A stretch of 64,000 nt of DNA from Nitrospirales bacterium (GCA_965223295.1 CBDCWC010000003.1:448001-512000), one strand, 5' to 3'. Positions 19,207 through 30,909 are shown, counted from the stretch's first letter. Numbers and translations: made by a program. The notes: generated by a model not told the origin, from the letters alone.

Positions 19207-19946
19207 GTGACTTCCGTCTCCCCTGCCGACCGTACAAGTTCAAGAGCAGCCGGCAGATCCAACGTTCCCTCATACAGGGCTTTTCCTATAATAATGCCAG
19301 AGATATTATTCCGGATTTCTTGGATCGCACGAATATCATCGAGCCTGGTCACGCCACCTGAAGCAATGATGGGAACGGGCGAAAACGCTGCTGCCTCGCG
19401 TAACGCAGAAATATTAGGGCCATTTAACATGCCGTCTCGGGAAATATCGGTGAATACAACTCCGGCTAAGGGAAGATCTTTTACAGAATCAAACACCTGT
19501 TGCGGGGTTAAGGAAGAAACCGCCGTCCACCCATGTACCGCAATCAGCCCTTTTTTGACATCAATCCCTAGCAGTATTTTGTGAGGAAATTGTTGCGCAA
19601 TGGTGGACAAAAACTTGGCATCTTGTAAGCCCGCTGTTCCGACCACCACTCGATCAACTCCACTCGAACGATAGGCTTGAACCGTCTCTGCATTCCGGAT
19701 TCCACCCCCAACCTGTATGGGAATACTCAATTTTTTGGCAATAGCTTCAATCTGGGACAAATGTTTTGGCATCCCTTCCACCGCCCCATCTAGATCCACA
19801 ATATGTAAGTATGGGGCGCCGAGATTTTGCCATTGTTCCGCCATGCCGACAGGATCATCTGAATACCGAGTGACTTCGCTCATTTCACCTTGCCGCAAGC
19901 GAACACATTTTCCATCTTTTAAATCAATGGCAGGAATTAACAACAT
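19200..19946 (-). CDS. hisA: ProFAR isomerase
   Basis: [30 protein letters not shown]. Confidence 0.95.
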   Translation of the reverse strand: MLLIPAIDLKDGKCVRLRQGEMSEVTRYSDDPVGMAEQWQNLGAPYLHIVDLDGAVEGMPKHLSQIEAIAKKLSIPIQVGGGIRNAETVQAYRSSGVDRVVVGTAGLQDAKFLSTIAQQFPHKILLGIDVKKGLIAVHGWTAVSSLTPQQVFDSVKDLPLAGVVFTDISRDGMLNGPNISALREAAAFSPVPIIASGGVTRLDDIRAIQEIRNNISGIIIGKALYEGTLDLPAALELVRSAGETEVTC

Positions 19947-19979
19947 GGCGATTACGTACTTCGAGACAAATAAAACTGA

Positions 19980-20759
19980 CTATTGAACAGGAGAAACAGA
20001 TTTTCCAACTGGAAAGGTTTCCATTACTTTTTCTACCCCTATTTCCGAAAGTTCTTGAGCCGTCACAAATCCCCCACTCTTTTCAAAAAACCCAACGACA
20101 TCCTGGGTCAGGGGTTTCTGTTCCTCAAAAAATTCCCCTTTCCACAACACTGCCCCATTTGCTGGTTGAACAAGAAACATCTCAAACCCGACAGCAGCAG
20201 GCTTTGCGCCTATTCTCGTCCCTTCACGTTCCCGATAGGTCCGAACAATCCCCATTAAGACCGCATCAACTTCCAAACGATGTCCAACATCTTTGGCCAA
20301 GGTCTGTAAAGCAGGGCCAGATTGAGTCCCTCCCAAATCCACGGCAGAAGCCACCTGATCTGATTCAATAACCCGCAAAGCGGATCGAGAGGCAAGCGCG
20401 GATTCAATTCGTCTTGTAATAAATTTCGCTGCGGTATCAGGCACAGAGTAACGATCTCGTTGAGCGCTGGACTGATCTCCTTGATCACCTCCAGGCAATC
20501 GAAATTGTGTACGGATTTCCTCCGGGTCCCTGACATGTGCCTGTGCCTGTCCATAGCCCCATTGAGGGACCTGAATCTTTTGAAATGGGACAACAGCAAT
20601 ACTCGAAATAGCTGCGGGATCAAATTGCGGAGCCGACTGAACCTGAACTTTTGAAGGCACACACCCAACAGCAAGCCCCCACCACCCAACAACAAGACAG
20701 ACGAATCCTAAAGCCGGAAATTGGGGAGAATCTTGCATCCTGTTGCCAATCTGACTCAT
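19980..20759 (-). CDS. Putative lipoprotein inside the his operon
   Basis: Hydrophobic leader ending LAVGC; IAVVPF...VDAVLMG..V...G.VLWK pattern of CsgG/GNA1162-like lipoproteins; overlaps the hisH stop. Confidence 0.7.
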   Translation of the reverse strand: MSQIGNRMQDSPQFPALGFVCLVVGWWGLAVGCVPSKVQVQSAPQFDPAAISSIAVVPFQKIQVPQWGYGQAQAHVRDPEEIRTQFRLPGGDQGDQSSAQRDRYSVPDTAAKFITRRIESALASRSALRVIESDQVASAVDLGGTQSGPALQTLAKDVGHRLEVDAVLMGIVRTYREREGTRIGAKPAAVGFEMFLVQPANGAVLWKGEFFEEQKPLTQDVVGFFEKSGGFVTAQELSEIGVEKVMETFPVGKSVSPVQ

Positions 20760-21376
20760 TGCCAGGCACCAAAATTTTTTAAGACTTGCAACCCGACAGT
20801 CTGACTTTTTTCTGGATGAAATTGGGTCGCAAAAATATTGTCTTTCCAGACACTGCTGGCAAACGACACGCCATAATCTGTCTGAGTACTCACTACGACT
20901 TGCTCGTCAGGTTCAACATAAAAGGAATGGACGAAATAGACATACGAGTCAGAATTGATGCCCTGTAACGGAGGCGCCTCCTTACTAATATGAATGGTGT
21001 TCCATCCCATATGTGGAATTTTATAAGAAGAGACCACGTCCTTGGACAAAGGAATCGCCTTCACTTTTCCCGGCAATACACCCAGACCTTTATGACATCC
21101 AAATTCTTCACTTTCAGAAAACAACAGTTGAAAGCCAACACAAATACCCAAAAAAGGTTTCCCTACCTGGATTGCCCGATGAATTGGATCAACCAAGCGG
21201 TAACGAGTGACATTGGCCATACAATCGCCAAACGCTCCAACACCCGGCAGGACAACATGGCTGGCACGATCAATGGCTTCGGGATCTCGCGTGACTATGG
21301 CCTGATGCCCAACTTGCTCAAACCCTTTCTGCACACTACGGAGATTACCCATGCCATAGTCAATGATCGCAATCAT
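20756..21376 (-). CDS. hisH: Imidazole glycerol phosphate synthase glutaminase subunit
   Basis: IIDYGMGNLRSV, LGICVG, PHMGWN, QFHPEKS. Confidence 0.96.
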   Translation of the reverse strand: MIAIIDYGMGNLRSVQKGFEQVGHQAIVTRDPEAIDRASHVVLPGVGAFGDCMANVTRYRLVDPIHRAIQVGKPFLGICVGFQLLFSESEEFGCHKGLGVLPGKVKAIPLSKDVVSSYKIPHMGWNTIHISKEAPPLQGINSDSYVYFVHSFYVEPDEQVVVSTQTDYGVSFASSVWKDNIFATQFHPEKSQTVGLQVLKNFGAWQ

Positions 21377-21421
21377 CAGTTCTCCGTTTCTCGATTCGCA
21401 CTACAGGCACATACCCATTAT

Positions 21422-21494
21422 GGGACTGTTAAATAGTTCAATTTCAAGTTATGAAAAGGCCTTCAGAGCCATGGCGGCTTTTTTGACCATTCCC
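21422..21494 (+). repeat. MITE-like element copy 4 (73-bp minimal form)
   Basis: GGGACTGTTAAATAGTTCAATTTCAAG...GGCGGCTTTTTTGACCATTCCC flanked by ATTAT on both sides. Confidence 0.85.
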
Positions 21495-21499
21495 ATTAT

Positions 21500-22102
21500 T
21501 TAGAGAGAGCCTTTCGTTGACAACACTCCGGTTACCCGATCGTCTCGCCGTATCGCTTGATCCAGGGCTTTGGCCAGAGCTTTAAAAATGGCTTCCATAA
21601 TATGATGGGGATTCCGTCCATACAACACATTCACATGGAGGTTGAGCCCACCCTGACTCACAAAGGCTTGGAAAAAATCTTCAAACAGGCCCAAATCAAA
21701 GGACTTGATATAGCGCGTTGGCAACGAGACATTGTAGACGAGATAGGGGCGTCCGCTTAAATCTACCGTGACTTGGGCTAGTGTTTCATCCAAGGGCACC
21801 GACGAAAATCCAAATCGTGCAATACCCTCTTTTTTCCCCAGGGCTTGATTCAAGACTTGACCCATCACAATCCCAATGTCTTCAATGGTATGATGGTCGT
21901 CAATCTCAATATCGCCCTTGGCTTCAACCGTCAGATCAAAAAATCCATGTTTCCCTAACAGATTCAGCATGTGATCTAAAAAAGGGATCGAGGTCTGGAT
22001 CGCATTGTTGCCTTGCCCATCCAGGACCCAGATAACAGAGATCGCGGTTTCAGCCGTGGTTCGGTCCTGCGAAGCAGATCTGGGAATAGCTTGTTGACTC
22101 AT
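21500..22102 (-). CDS. hisB: Imidazoleglycerol-phosphate dehydratase
   Basis: [34 protein letters not shown] overlap with hisD. Confidence 0.95.
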   Translation of the reverse strand: MSQQAIPRSASQDRTTAETAISVIWVLDGQGNNAIQTSIPFLDHMLNLLGKHGFFDLTVEAKGDIEIDDHHTIEDIGIVMGQVLNQALGKKEGIARFGFSSVPLDETLAQVTVDLSGRPYLVYNVSLPTRYIKSFDLGLFEDFFQAFVSQGGLNLHVNVLYGRNPHHIMEAIFKALAKALDQAIRRDDRVTGVLSTKGSL

Positions 22103-23382
22103 GTCCATCGACTCTCCATAGATTGCCTGTGCGCGTCAAACCCCTCCAAGGTAGCAAGACGGGCAACGGGGCGTTTGGCTTTCAACAATGCATTGCGAGA
22201 ATACGACACCACATTGCTCCTCTTCACATACTCGTCAACGCCGAGGCTCGAAAAAAACTTTGCACTTCCTCCCGTGGGCAACACATGATTCGGTCCTGCC
22301 ACATAATCAGCCACGGCTGGAGGCGTGTATCTTCCAACAAAAATAGCGCCTGCATGACATATACGAGGGAGATAGCGAGAGGGGGTTGTCACATTTAAAG
22401 AAAGGTGCTCCGGAGCAATGCGATTAGCCAACTCACAAGCCTCTGCTAAGTTTTTGACGACAAAGGCCATCGCATGACTACGAATCGAGCGGGAAACAAT
22501 CTTCTCACGCCCTAACTGTTTCAATTGCTGGTTGACTTCTTTGACGGTCCGTTTAGCCATAGCCGCTGATGTGGTCACGAGATAGACACAGGCTTCTTCA
22601 TCATGTTCAGCTTCACACAATAAATCTGCGGCAACATGCTTCGGGTTACTTGCGGAGTCAGCCACCACCAAAAGTTCACTAGGCCCGGCAATCATATCAA
22701 TATCCACTTGACCATAAACAAGGCGCTTTGCCGTCGCTACATACAGATTTCCCGGGCCGACAATTTTATCCACGGGGAGAATGCTTGGGGTGCCGTAGGC
22801 TAACGCCCCAATTGCCTGGACGCCCCCCACGCGATAGATTTCATCAACTCCTGCTATATCGGCTGCCACGAGCAACGAAGGATGAATAGTACCGGTGGGG
22901 GTTGGTGTACACATCACAACACGACCAACTCCTGCCACTTTGGCCGGAATCGCATTCATCAGCACCGACGAAGGGTACACGGCTTTTCCACCAGGAACGT
23001 ACAGGCCCACGGCATCAAGGGGCGTAATCATCTGGCCAAGTTGTATCCCATCTTTCCGATAGGTCCAAGTTGAGCGGCGTTGCCTTCGGTGAAATGTCCG
23101 AATTCTCCGGGCAGCATATTTGAGTGCCGTCGCATCAGCTTTTGGCAGAGCCGAATACGCATGGCGAATTTCTTGCTGACTTACGCGCAACTGATTCGGA
23201 CGGATGCGAATCTTATCAAAACGCCAGGTCAAACGCTGAACGGCAGAATCTCCTTCCCGACGAACCGCATCCAAAATCTTCCGGACGGCTTGCTCCACCT
23301 TGACATTTTGACGGCTGCCTCGCTGACAAACCACTTCCACCGCTTTCGAGAAGCCTGCCTCTTTCCAAGAAAGAATTTTCAT
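22099..23382 (-). CDS. hisD: Histidinol dehydrogenase
   Basis: [46 protein letters not shown]. Confidence 0.95.
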   Translation of the reverse strand: MKILSWKEAGFSKAVEVVCQRGSRQNVKVEQAVRKILDAVRREGDSAVQRLTWRFDKIRIRPNQLRVSQQEIRHAYSALPKADATALKYAARRIRTFHRRQRRSTWTYRKDGIQLGQMITPLDAVGLYVPGGKAVYPSSVLMNAIPAKVAGVGRVVMCTPTPTGTIHPSLLVAADIAGVDEIYRVGGVQAIGALAYGTPSILPVDKIVGPGNLYVATAKRLVYGQVDIDMIAGPSELLVVADSASNPKHVAADLLCEAEHDEEACVYLVTTSAAMAKRTVKEVNQQLKQLGREKIVSRSIRSHAMAFVVKNLAEACELANRIAPEHLSLNVTTPSRYLPRICHAGAIFVGRYTPPAVADYVAGPNHVLPTGGSAKFFSSLGVDEYVKRSNVVSYSRNALLKAKRPVARLATLEGFDAHRQSMESRWT

Positions 23383-24056
23383 CGGCGCACGCCTTTTTTC
23401 TTTATAGAAGATGATTGAGTGTTCTTCACTTGCTGTTTAATTCGCGCGATCACGTCGGTTACCAAAGCATGTTTCATCTTTAAACTAGCTCGATTCACAA
23501 TCAAACGGGCCGAAGACCATGCGATGACTTCCTCTTCAACCAAATTATTGGCTTTCAGCGTCTTGCCGGTCTCCACTAAATCCACAATCCGATCAGCCAG
23601 TCCTACCAACGGGGCCAACTCGATCGATCCGTATAATTTTATGAGTTCAACAGGCATCCCCTGTTGATTAAAAAACCGTTCAGTAATCGTCGGATATTTT
23701 GTGGCCACACGAAGCTTGGAAGACAAACGCTGTACGGGAGTTTGCCCATTCGGTTTCGCCACCACTAATTTACAACGCCCTAAACCAAGATCCACCGGTT
23801 CATACACATCGGGGCTTTGCTCTAACAACACATCCTTACCAACCACTCCGAGATCAGCCGCTCCATACTCGACATAGACCGGCACATCACTGGGCCGCAC
23901 AATCAAGACCCGATGGCCATGGTCTGGATATTCCAAAATCAAACGGCGCTCATCATCTAGCACATGATAGGCAGAGTACCCAGCTTTCCGGAATAAGGAA
24001 AGTGTTGGCGGAAGCAGTTTGCCCTTTGACAGGGCAATCGTCATACCTTCACTCAT
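23379..24056 (-). CDS. hisG: ATP phosphoribosyltransferase, short form
   Basis: IALSKGK, RVATKYP, GSIELAP..GLAD.IVDLVETG; 225 aa, no C-terminal regulatory domain. Confidence 0.94.
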   Translation of the reverse strand: MSEGMTIALSKGKLLPPTLSLFRKAGYSAYHVLDDERRLILEYPDHGHRVLIVRPSDVPVYVEYGAADLGVVGKDVLLEQSPDVYEPVDLGLGRCKLVVAKPNGQTPVQRLSSKLRVATKYPTITERFFNQQGMPVELIKLYGSIELAPLVGLADRIVDLVETGKTLKANNLVEEEVIAWSSARLIVNRASLKMKHALVTDVIARIKQQVKNTQSSSIKKKGVRR

Positions 24057-25312
24057 ACAGCTTCCCGTACTCGCCGAACCTGACCACCCAATAGTCCAAT
24101 TTTTTCTTCCAGTCGTTCGTATCCTCGATCTAAATGGTACACTCGCGAAATGATCGTCTCTCCTTCAGCAGCCAATCCAGCCAAGACCAACCCCGCACTC
24201 GCGCGAAGATCGGAAGCCATAACCGGAGCCCCGGCAAGAGTCGGAATGCCTTTCACCACCGCATGCGGCCCGTCCACTTCAATTGAGGCCCCCATTCGAT
24301 GCAACTCCGGAACATGGAGAAACCGCCCTTCGAAAATGGTTTCTGTCAAGACACTTGTTCCTTCAGCCACAGTCATTAATGCCATCATTTGAGCCTGCAG
24401 ATCCGTCGGAAACCCTGGGTACGGTAAGGTTTTTACTTCAAGAGCCTTGAGGGGCAAAGGGCGGCGAACACGTAATCCTTCAGCACTTTCTGTTAGCTCC
24501 ACTCCCATTTCCTGCATTTTCGTCAACACATTTCCCAAATGATCCGTCACACAACCCCTGATCGTGACATCCCCACCAGTAATCGCGCCCGCCATGACAA
24601 ATGTGCCAGCTTCCACGCGATCTGGCATGACCCTATAACTTGCCCCATGCAATTCGGACACGCCTTCGATCGTAATGGTATCCGTTCCTGCTCCGAGAAT
24701 TTTCGCTCCTCGTTTCGTGAGATACGCACATAAATCCGCAATTTCAGGTTCCCGTGCAACATTATGCAAACTCGTCGTTCCATCTGCTAAACATGCTGCC
24801 ATAATGAGGTTTTCAGTCCCTGTCACTGTTGGAAAATCTAAATCGATCCTGGCTCCCTTAAGACGACTGGCTTTGGCATGGATATACCCATGCTCAACGT
24901 GAATCTCTGCGCCCATTGCGGTCAGCGCTTTCAAATGAAGATTGACAGGACGCGTCCCAATCGCACAGCCTCCGGGCAAGGACACCTTAGCCTCGCCTAG
25001 ACGCGTTAACAAAGGTCCTAACGCCAAGATAGAGGCCCGCATCGTTTTGACTAAATCATACGGAGCTTCTATTGATTGAACTTGGCTGGCTTCTACAATC
25101 ACCCGTCCACCCTCTGTCCGAACGTCTACACCAAGCAATTCCAAGAGCTTGCCCATCGTGACGACATCCCGAACTTGTGGGACATGGTCAAGAATACATT
25201 CGCCTCCACCCAGCAGAGATGCCGCTAAAATGGGAAGCGCCGCATTCTTCGCTCCACCCACTTCAACTACGCCATGCAAAGGAACCCCGCCAATGATTCG
25301 AATTTGATCCAT
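24053..25312 (-). CDS. murA: UDP-N-acetylglucosamine 1-carboxyvinyltransferase
   Basis: GAKNAALP, MRAS, LPGGCAIGTRP, PGFPTDLQ, DLRA, HLDRGY. Confidence 0.96.
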   Translation of the reverse strand: MDQIRIIGGVPLHGVVEVGGAKNAALPILAASLLGGGECILDHVPQVRDVVTMGKLLELLGVDVRTEGGRVIVEASQVQSIEAPYDLVKTMRASILALGPLLTRLGEAKVSLPGGCAIGTRPVNLHLKALTAMGAEIHVEHGYIHAKASRLKGARIDLDFPTVTGTENLIMAACLADGTTSLHNVAREPEIADLCAYLTKRGAKILGAGTDTITIEGVSELHGASYRVMPDRVEAGTFVMAGAITGGDVTIRGCVTDHLGNVLTKMQEMGVELTESAEGLRVRRPLPLKALEVKTLPYPGFPTDLQAQMMALMTVAEGTSVLTETIFEGRFLHVPELHRMGASIEVDGPHAVVKGIPTLAGAPVMASDLRASAGLVLAGLAAEGETIISRVYHLDRGYERLEEKIGLLGGQVRRVREAV

Positions 25313-25342
25313 ACCTCTATCAATCAAATATGAGTATCTGCA

Positions 25343-26227
25343 TTATGAATCACCAACATACTGCAAACGTGCCATCCGAGGAATCCCCTGATTGTCAGGC
25401 TGTAGCTTCACCACCTCGAAAACACCGAAAGCCGCAACTTCGCGGCAGATAGCCTCATCTTGTCCCAGCCCAAGTTCTATCAAAACAAAGCCGTTCGGAG
25501 CCAATACCACCGGCGCTTGTTTCAACAAACATCGATAGACATCCAACCCATCCGGCCCTCCGTCCAACGCCAGACGTGGCTCAAACTCTTTGACATCAGG
25601 AGAAAGACGATCCCATTCGGCGTGGGAAATATACGGTAGGTTTGCAATAATGGCCGACACTTTACCTACTAGCCCGCCGGATAACAAGGGGGCCAAAAGA
25701 TCACCCGACACCCACAAAATCTGTGAAGATACACCATGTTTTTTGGCATTTCGTTGGGCCATACGCAAGGCTAAAATCGATCGATCTGAGGCGACAATCA
25801 TCGCATGGTTGAGATGCACCGCCAGACTAATGGCCAAACAGCCTGACCCTGTTCCTATATCGAGAATAATCGGTTTCCGATACGAACTGAGAAGGGCAAT
25901 GGTATCTGCAACCAACAATTCGGATTCAGGACGGGGAATTAAGACATTTGAGTTGACAAGGAAATCTAATCCGAAAAATTCCTGACTGCCCAACACATAC
26001 TGAAGCGGCTCCCGAGAAGCCCGCCGTCGAATCAAGTCCATAGTATGCTGGTAGGCTTTTGAGTCAATCACATCATCGCCATAGGCATACAGGCGTGAAG
26101 CATTCACCCCCAACGCCGCTTCGACAATCCACAGCACTTCTCGCCTGGCATGAGCGATTCCGGCTTGGCTGAGTCGCTCCACGGCTTCGGCATACAACTG
26201 AAAAGAGGAAATGGACAAGGTCTTCAC
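25343..26227 (-). CDS. prmC: Release factor glutamine methyltransferase
   Basis: EPLQYVLG, VLIPRPESE, DIGTGSGC, NLPY, EP..ALDGG.DGL; directly downstream of prfA. Confidence 0.93.
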   Translation of the reverse strand: MKTLSISSFQLYAEAVERLSQAGIAHARREVLWIVEAALGVNASRLYAYGDDVIDSKAYQHTMDLIRRRASREPLQYVLGSQEFFGLDFLVNSNVLIPRPESELLVADTIALLSSYRKPIILDIGTGSGCLAISLAVHLNHAMIVASDRSILALRMAQRNAKKHGVSSQILWVSGDLLAPLLSGGLVGKVSAIIANLPYISHAEWDRLSPDVKEFEPRLALDGGPDGLDVYRCLLKQAPVVLAPNGFVLIELGLGQDEAICREVAAFGVFEVVKLQPDNQGIPRMARLQYVGDS

Positions 26228-26254
26228 GGCCTTCTACAGAACCAGGCCTACGTA

Positions 26255-26446
26255 AGGGCCGTTGAATAGTGATGAGATCAACGGCCAAATTTCGTCTCTG
26301 CGACGTACCATGTCAGAGGCCTCGGGTCTGTTCAAAAAAGGTTCGTCCAGCAAGGCCGCAGCCATTGTTGCGCGCGGAACGTACTGGTCCTACGTGAGCA
26401 CGGAACAAGGGCGAGAACGCCGCTGGCGGCTTTTTGCAACAGACCC
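26255..26446 (+). repeat. MITE-like element copy 5
   Basis: AGGGCCGTTGAATAG...GGGTCTGTTCAAAAAA...TTTTTGCAACAGACCC; flanks ACGTA / ATGTA (4 of 5 match). Confidence 0.9.
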
Positions 26447-26489
26447 ATGTAAGAAAATACAGACGATCTGAAAATCGTGCCGGAAGACG

Positions 26490-27569
26490 TTACTGCGCTT
26501 TGAGGGCGTTGACTAAATCATCCAGATCGCCTTCCATGACGCGATCCAATTTATGCAGGGTGAGCCCAATGCGATGATCGGTCACCCGATTTTGCGGGAA
26601 ATTATATGTGCGGATTTTTTCGCTACGTTCCCCAGTACCAACTTGAGAACGCCGTTGTTGGGCAAGTGAAGCCTCTTGTTTTTCACGTTCAGCATCGCCG
26701 ATACGCGTTCGGAGAGTTCGCATGGCCTTGGTACGATTTTTCAATTGCGATCGTTCATCCTGACAGGTCACCACAACTCCTGTAGGAATATGGGTAATCC
26801 GAACCGCAGAATAAGTGGTATTGACGCTTTGCCCTCCAGCACCAGATGAACAGTAGGTATCAATGCGCAAGTCTTTTTGATCAATTTGGACATCCACTTC
26901 TTCGACTTCCGGCATGACAGCTACCGTTGCCGTCGATGTATGGATGCGGCCATTTGCTTCGGTTGTCGGAACCCGTTGCACACGATGCACGCCACTTTCA
27001 TACTTAAAAAATCCAAAGGCGCCGTTTCCTTCCACTAACAAGACCGCCTCCTTCACCCCTCCGATTCCTGTCTCATGAGATTCAATTAATTCAGACCGCA
27101 ACCCTTTCGATTCAGCATATTTCAAATACATCCGCAACAGATCGCCCGCGAACAAGGCAGCCTCACCGCCTCCAGTTCCTGCGCGAATCTCAATAAATGA
27201 ATTTTTATTATTGCCTTCAGCTTCAGGACAGAGTAATTCAACCACCTGGGTCTCCAACTCATCGCGACGAGATTCCAGGCTTTCTAATTCCTCCGTGGCT
27301 AATCGCCGCATGTCAGGATCCAGCTGGAGATCCTCTGCCAAAAGCTGGGATTGCGAAATTTCTTCGAGCACTCGCCGATACTCGCCAAACATCTGAGCTA
27401 TCGGTTCCAATTCAGCCCGTTCTTTATTCAGCGAAACAAGAAGATTAGATTGCGACAAGACCGTAGGATCAGTCAATTGATCATTGAGCGTCTCGTATTT
27501 ATTGGCCAAGGCTTCCCAGCGGGAGTAGAGGCCACCGTCTCGTAGTTCGGCTTTAGTGACATTTGCCAT
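26490..27569 (-). CDS. prfA: Peptide chain release factor 1
   Basis: [22 protein letters not shown] (PxT motif), [13 protein letters not shown]. Confidence 0.96.
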   Translation of the reverse strand: MANVTKAELRDGGLYSRWEALANKYETLNDQLTDPTVLSQSNLLVSLNKERAELEPIAQMFGEYRRVLEEISQSQLLAEDLQLDPDMRRLATEELESLESRRDELETQVVELLCPEAEGNNKNSFIEIRAGTGGGEAALFAGDLLRMYLKYAESKGLRSELIESHETGIGGVKEAVLLVEGNGAFGFFKYESGVHRVQRVPTTEANGRIHTSTATVAVMPEVEEVDVQIDQKDLRIDTYCSSGAGGQSVNTTYSAVRITHIPTGVVVTCQDERSQLKNRTKAMRTLRTRIGDAEREKQEASLAQQRRSQVGTGERSEKIRTYNFPQNRVTDHRIGLTLHKLDRVMEGDLDDLVNALKAQ

Positions 27570-27645
27570 AAGAGAGACCAATCACTGAATGATAGCAGGA
27601 CCGAATCCACACGACATATCACCTACTGAAAAGAAAAGACAGAAA

Positions 27646-27840
27646 AGGTTTGTTGAAAAAAGCCGTCAGCGGCGTTCTCGCTATTTTTCCGTGCTCACAT
27701 ACTGCCAGTAAGTATGCTCCGCGCGCAAAAAGAGCTGCGGCCTTGCTGAACGGACTTTTTTGAACAAACCCGAGGCCTCTGACATGTTACCCCTCAGACA
27801 CGAAATGTGGCCGTTGATATCATCATGATTCAACAGGCCT
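27646..27840 (-). repeat. MITE-like element copy 6
   Basis: AGGTTTGTTGAAAAAA...GATTCAACAGGCCT flanked by AGAAA on both sides. Confidence 0.9.
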
Positions 27841-27963
27841 AGAAATGAAACGAATGGGGACCTTAGGAAGGCCAAAGAACTTGGTCGCGTCTGTTCAATA
27901 GCTAATGCCGTTGCAAGGCATCAATAAGAAATGTGAGAGGACGACAGAGAGCGGAAAACATCT

Positions 27964-28191
27964 TCAGGCTTTGGCCTTCGTTTTAGTCTTGGCCGTTTTG
28001 CTGTATTTTTTATTGAACCGTTCTACCCGTCCTTCAGCATCCACAATTTTTTGCGTGCCGGTAAAGAAAGGGTGACAACTTGAACAAATATCGACTTTTA
28101 AATCTCCCACGGTGGTCCGTGTTTGATAGCTCATGCCACATGCACAACTCACAGTTGCAAATTCATATGTCGGATGGATTCCCTTTTTCAT
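27964..28191 (-). CDS. rpmE: 50S ribosomal protein L31 (zinc-binding type)
   Basis: [30 protein letters not shown]. Confidence 0.96.
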   Translation of the reverse strand: MKKGIHPTYEFATVSCACGMSYQTRTTVGDLKVDICSSCHPFFTGTQKIVDAEGRVERFNKKYSKTAKTKTKAKA

Positions 28192-28265
28192 CTTCTCTCC
28201 CTCGCCAAATCTAACAGGCCTTCTGTCAAAAACGTTTTCTGTTAGTAGTTACTCTCTATTGTGAA

Positions 28266-29516
28266 TTATCGGTTCATGGATTGCAAGAACTCATTGTTAT
28301 CTTTCGTTCCGCCAATCTTGTCCATAAGAAATTCCATGGCTTCCATGGTCCCTAAGGGGCTCAAAACCTTACGGAGAATCCACATCTTGTTGAGGCGGTC
28401 CCGGTCAACCAACAATTCTTCTTTTCGAGTGCCTGATTGGCTGATATCAATAGCCGGGAAGAGCCGTTTATCGGCCAACCGCCGATCCAAATGCACCTCC
28501 ATATTACCCGTTCCCTTGAATTCTTCAAAAATGACATCGTCCATCCGACTGCCGGTATCAACAAGGGCGGTAGCTAAAATCGTGAGGCTTCCGCCAAACT
28601 CAATATTACGGGCTGCCCCAAAAAACCGCTTCGGTCGTTGCAGAGCATTGGAATCTAACCCTCCAGACAGCACTTTTCCACTTGGAGGGGAAATCGTATT
28701 ATAGGCACGAGCTAGCCGAGTGACACTATCCAGTAAAATGACGACATCCCGCTTATGTTCAACTAAACGCTTGGCTTTCTCCATGACAATTTCAGCAACC
28801 TGCGCATGTCGCTGAGGTGGTTCGTCAAAGGTTGAACTAATGACTTCGGCTGCTTTGACCTGTCGTTGCCAATCAGTCACTTCTTCTGGCCGCTCATCAA
28901 TCAATAGCACGATCAGCACAATTTCGGGATGATTCGCAATGATGGAACGGGCCACGGCCTGTAATAACATCGTTTTTCCCGTACGTGGAGCCGCCACAAT
29001 GAGTCCCCGTTGGCCTTTCCCAATAGGCGTGGTCAACTCCATGACCCGGGTACAGTATTCTTCCCGATCAAATTCTAAATTGATGCGTTCTTCAGCATAC
29101 AGGGGCGTCAAATTATCGAACAAAATTTTATCGCGCTGAACTTCCGGTTCATCGTAGTTGATTTTCTCAACTTTTAAGAGTGCAAAATATCGCTCGCCAT
29201 CCTTCGGCGGCCGAATTTGCCCAGAAACGATATCCCCAGTTCGTAAATTAAACCGGCGAATTTGTGAGGGAGAAATATATATATCATCAGGTCCAGGAAG
29301 ATAATTGGAGTCTGGCGCACGGAGAAATCCAAATCCATCGGACAGGGTTTCCAACACACCCTCACCAAAAATCACGCCATTTTTTTCACTCTGCCCTTGA
29401 AGGATGGAGAAAATAAGCTCTTGCTTGCGCAAATTCGGGGCGCCATCGATCTTCAGCCCCCGGGCTAAATCATTTAACTCTCCAATAGACTTTTGCTTCA
29501 GTTCAGCAAGATGCAT
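28266..29516 (-). CDS. rho: Transcription termination factor Rho
   Basis: [32 protein letters not shown]; start MHLAELK behind GGAG. Confidence 0.97.
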   Translation of the reverse strand: MHLAELKQKSIGELNDLARGLKIDGAPNLRKQELIFSILQGQSEKNGVIFGEGVLETLSDGFGFLRAPDSNYLPGPDDIYISPSQIRRFNLRTGDIVSGQIRPPKDGERYFALLKVEKINYDEPEVQRDKILFDNLTPLYAEERINLEFDREEYCTRVMELTTPIGKGQRGLIVAAPRTGKTMLLQAVARSIIANHPEIVLIVLLIDERPEEVTDWQRQVKAAEVISSTFDEPPQRHAQVAEIVMEKAKRLVEHKRDVVILLDSVTRLARAYNTISPPSGKVLSGGLDSNALQRPKRFFGAARNIEFGGSLTILATALVDTGSRMDDVIFEEFKGTGNMEVHLDRRLADKRLFPAIDISQSGTRKEELLVDRDRLNKMWILRKVLSPLGTMEAMEFLMDKIGGTKDNNEFLQSMNR

Positions 29517-30042
29517 AAGATGACTCCATTCGTTAACCGGAAGGATTTCCTGGTAGATGCGATTGGGAAACAGCATTGGGAAGGAAACACAAGTGATTGT
29601 TCATGTTTCAAGAAAATTGACATTTTGGATTCGTAATAGTATGGATGGCTTATGAAAAGGGAAAAAGCTTCCCTCGGGTCACACACATCATTTTTGGCCC
29701 ATATTTGTTTCGTTAGGAAGAATGTTCAGAACAGCTGAGGAACCACACTTGTCAACGGCAGCCGTGACGTCCTATCTACGATTTGAGTTAAAACTAATTC
29801 AGTCCGGGAAGTTAATTAGGCAGATATAGCTTTTAAAAATAGTGGGCAGGTCTTGTTACCTTTTCTATCTCACACATGAATAATTTGTCAATAGCTTTGT
29901 TGTCGGAAGCCCTCAGAAAAAACTTTAGCCTCAAGAAACTGTCAAAGGTTTTTTGATGTCGGAGATATGGTTGGCACCCTTCTGCATATTATGGTAAACC
30001 ATCCCAACGCTAATTGAAAGCTCAACGAAAGGATCCTTTTCC

Positions 30043-30459
30043 ATGTCTGAATCAGGGTTTCCTTTTTCCAGCGAACGAATCTTCACACTTTCCGAAGCCA
30101 ACGCCTTAGTCCCAGAACTTGAACAACATTGGACGTCTATTAAGCAGGGCCGCCAAGTTCTTATTGATACTCGAGAAGAAGTCAAAAAAGCCAGCGCCCA
30201 GGCGTCTGTTGGGGGAGGCACGGTAGAAGGTGTCAAATATATCAAAGGGTTACAGGATATCAACGGCAGCCTCCATGCTATTCAAGAACTGGGGGTCGTT
30301 ATCAAGGATGCTGAAATTGGACTCTGTGATTTCCCCTTCATGCTCAATGACAAACTTGTATTTTTATGTTGGAAGTCTGGAGAAACTCAGGTTCGGTGGT
30401 GGCATGATATCGATAGTGGCTATGCTAACCGACAACCCATCGATGAGCCAGAATCCTAA
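30043..30459 (+). CDS. DUF2203-family protein
   Basis: FTL.EAN...P, G..IKD...GL.DFP, LCWK.GE...WWH....G..NRQP. Confidence 0.8.
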   Translation: MSESGFPFSSERIFTLSEANALVPELEQHWTSIKQGRQVLIDTREEVKKASAQASVGGGTVEGVKYIKGLQDINGSLHAIQELGVVIKDAEIGLCDFPFMLNDKLVFLCWKSGETQVRWWHDIDSGYANRQPIDEPES

Positions 30460-30585
30460 AAACTTCTTCTGTCTCATACCCCCAACATCCTCGTTCAAAA
30501 ATTGCCGTACTTCCGAAGTGATTTTCGCGGGGAATACTCACCTGACGCCTGCATCCTAAATAATCTCATAGAGAAGCCACGAGCC

Positions 30586-30858
30586 ATGAAATTCGTCATT
30601 TTGGGAAAGGATGGTCCAAATGGAGCCCTGAAACGGCCTTTGTACCGCGAAGCCCACCTTCAACGACTGACACAATGGGCGCAACGGGGAAAAATCATTT
30701 TAGCAGGACCTTTGACCGATCAAACAGGAAGTTTAATCGTGGTTGAAGCAGATTCGCTGGAAGAAGTTCAAGCCTTTGCTAATGAAGATCCCTATATGCT
30801 TCATGGGGTGTTTCAAGAGATGACGGTCCATCCTTTCAAACAAGTCTTTCCCGAATAA
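30586..30858 (+). CDS. YciI-family protein
   Basis: R...REAHL, LAGP, GSLIV, DPY...GVF. Confidence 0.88.
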   Translation: MKFVILGKDGPNGALKRPLYREAHLQRLTQWAQRGKIILAGPLTDQTGSLIVVEADSLEEVQAFANEDPYMLHGVFQEMTVHPFKQVFPE

Positions 30859-30909
30859 ACTGTGTCACGTACTACCGAAACCGCGGCACCAATTCTTTTC
30901 ACCTTGACC

